From Eledone cirrhosa (taxonomy: Eukaryota): a DNA stretch of 64,000 nucleotides. Location: positions 274,102,001 to 274,166,000 of the forward strand of contig OZ024742.1 in the NCBI GenBank assembly GCA_964016885.1, read 5' to 3'. Position 1 is the stretch's first letter; each line of letters begins with the position of its first letter. Under the pieces are notes generated by a model. That model saw only the letters and a program-made list of their open reading frames with translations. It did no database searches and was not told where the DNA came from. This document shows, in pieces, positions 61,193 through 64,000 of the stretch. The position numbers were made by a program, and so were the translations under genes.

Positions 61193-64000
61193 GGTTTCAT
61201 TTATTGGCCACAAGGCCCGACATACAGAGGACGATGCACTAGACAGGGATATATAAAACGAGTAAAAATATAAATAACAATAACAAAATGACAAGAAAAA
61301 TACAACAAAGAAAAATTCCCCAATACGAGGTATAACCCCCCAAGATTGACTCAAGTACCCCACCAATCCCAAACCACCGGACGCTTCGAAAGCACCCGTG
61401 AACGGTATCCCTCTCCTCCTCAAATTCACCCCACCTACAAGCGCATGATCAGAGTAGGCCCACTCATATGAGCCATTCTCACCACATTCTCCCACCTTTC
61501 AGCAAATGTACTGGGGGGGGGGGGGGGGCACATCTCACGCCACACTCACCTTCCTTTCCAAGTGAAACTTGAAAAAGTTGATGAGGGATTGGCCGAAGAG
61601 AAAAGTGTGTCTTCAGTCCTTTCAGCCTGGTCCACCATAAAAAATTCTTTTGTTACAGCCACCAGACAGAGGAAAATTGCCTGCACTTCCTTGCCAATAG
61701 AAGGCGGTGGGTCGATCTTCACTATGGACTCGGCCGATAGCCGGATCCATTCTACACGCAACAACAGCTGTTCAACATAACTCCACAAGTCAGTAATGCA
61801 CGGACACTGGACGTGTGCATCTCGAGCAGGACCGTCTGACAGCACTTCCGTGCCTGTAGAGTTTATCTCGAACCGGCAGTGCCCCCTGGCAGCACTGCCT
61901 GGCGAGGGATTTTTGGATGTTAATCATGGTCCCCGGCTCGAAAGTCCTCCGAAACAGACTGGTTATCCCGACTTCGTCGATTCCCGGGAGCTTCTCCCAG
62001 TGCGTTGTCGCACTTCCCACCACTATTCCTCTATAGAACTTGAGAGTAGAAGTTCCACTGACCGCATTGGCCGCCTGGTAAAAGGCAGTGAGTGCCTGGC
62101 AACATTCCAGATGTCAGTCACCTAGTCTTGTTCTCTTCTTGAGACAGGAGTGCAACTCAGTCAATGAGACGAGCTGCGGACAAGCCCATCTGACAAACTG
62201 CCACCTCACCTGTTCACCGTTTAGGCAAAATATCTGGAGACGTCGCAGCCTCAGCGCATGTCTGCGCATCATTGGACACAGCATGCCATTCCCTCCACAT
62301 AGAGGGTGCTGGCAGCAGATGGACCGCCTCACCAACTGAACCTGTCCCCTCCACAAGAATTTGAAGAGGAGCCGTTCCAACTTGGCGGGGCGCGGATGGA
62401 GACAGGGGACGACGGTCAGGCGGTAGTAGATGACAGACGTGATGTACCCGCTCGCCAACTCTGCCCGACATTTTAGTAATAGCTTCGTCGCAGTCCATTT
62501 CTGGGTGAGACTGGCTACACTGTCCGTCACCTCGACTCAATTCCTATCCACCTGGAGGTCTGGGCCAATCCAAACCCCGAGAAACTTTACCGGTCCATCC
62601 GTCGAGCGCACAATGGCGTTGTGTGACGGCATGGATTCGACTCTCCAGGTGTTGAGTTGCAAGCCCACCGATTTTTCGGGTTAAGTTTTGCTTGTCAGCC
62701 TTTCATATTCCTCCAATAAGTTGCCAACCACCTCGATTTCCGAGCTGTCCGACACATTCACGGTGATGTCGTCCGCATAAGCCGACACGGAGATTCCGAG
62801 TCCCGGTTCCAGAGGGATGACCTGCAACAGCTCCAGCTTCTGCAATAGAGTCTCGAGAGTCAATACATACAGAAGGAAGGAATGAGGGCACATTGTCGGA
62901 CTAATCGGTCGATCTGAAACAGTTCCGAGATGTGGCCATTAACTTTGACCACCGAGCAGATGCCGCTGTGCATTGCAGCGATCAAGGTTCTGAATACTGG
63001 GCCGAAGCCAGCTGCCTTGAGGACAGCCTCCATGTACCGATGGTCGACCCTATCGAATGTTTTCGATTGAACAAAACTGAAGCCAGGTTTACACCCTACC
63101 CTCTCTATGATGCATCGGATGAGATGGAGTTTATTGTGTATAGACCTGGTCGGGATTGCACAATTTTGAGCCTCCTCAACCAAATCCTCGGCGACAAACA
63201 CCTAGCGTTCGGTAACACCTTGGCCAAAACCTTAAGCAGAATTGTGGGCCTAAAATTATCTAATGTGTCCCTCTTATTCTTGTCTTTCCTCTTCGGCGCC
63301 ACTATGCTCCAGCTCACAGAACTGGGAATATTCCCGTTCTACTGCTAGTTGCAGCAGAGCGCTTCGAGGAGAATGGAGAATAAGTCTGGTATATTTACGT
63401 AAAGCTCGTAAGGCAGACCATCCAAACCGGGTGACTTGCGCTTCGTTAAGCCAACAAAGGCATGCTGAATTTTGGCTGAAGTTATCGGCCTTTCGCTGCG
63501 ATCAGCTTCGGCCGTCGAGAGTTACCGCAAACCATCGAGGTATGCACTGAAGACCGCCACTTCCTCCGAACAACCGAGCAAAACGTTGGCGAAAGACCTC
63601 ACACATCCGTCTGGAATCGTTCAACTCGTGTCCATTTCGCCTCCACCACGCGGGCCCATCAAACATCTTTGGTTCCCTCGTTTCTCAGAATATGTGCATT
63701 AGCTCTGACAATGTAAACTGCGTGTTTCGCATTGTTGATCTAATGCCATTCTCGCCGCTAGCTCCTCAGTGGCAATGCCACTACAACTGGCCTCGTCTAA
63801 CTTATCGAACCAGCTCCCCATCCTTTCTATTTTTCTCTAACGCTACTTCTTTGCTAAATCCTATCGACATGTTTCTAATCTCTCTTTTGAGAGCCCCCCC
63901 CATCCCACACACAAACACACACTATCTGTTGTTAACGACTAGCCCTGTCAACCTTTTCTTAAATAAATTGTTGATTTACGTGCTGGAAACGACATGTTTA
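61193..64000 (-). mobile_element. Decayed Tx1-like element (copy 4), 3' half, cut by window edge
   Basis: ORF2 fragments (QSKTFDRVDH, SAYADD, YYRLTVVPC, RRHALRLRRL). Ends GGGCCTTGTGGCCAATAAATGAAACC then (ATT)n. Confidence 0.9.

Overview
This is AT-rich eukaryotic (metazoan) repeat DNA. The SINE and the (TA)n/(TAA)n landscape resemble octopus/cephalopod genomes, which is an inference. No host gene, rRNA, intact tRNA or CRISPR array is recognisable, and almost the whole window is nested mobile DNA. (1) Five R4/Dong-like RLE non-LTR retrotransposon copies from three families. (2) Four Tx1-like (L1 clade) APE-RT elements, one with both ORFs intact (ORF1 26214-28115, ORF2 28149-31586). (3) Nine copies of a tRNA-derived SINE, all on the minus strand. 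(4) About six Penelope-like element (PLE) fragments plus about ten minimal type I hammerhead ribozyme motifs. (5) Non-autonomous Helitrons, a foldback/MITE and several long palindromes. The most interesting signal is that the SINE and the Tx1-like LINEs share a 3'-terminal stem-loop (loop CUUGU-like, compensatory stems) followed by AATAAAGAAA-like sequence and an ATT target, with no poly(A). They and the Dong elements colonise the same (TAA/TTA)n microsatellites in opposite orientation and build alternating arrays. All calls were made by eye and boundaries are approximate.
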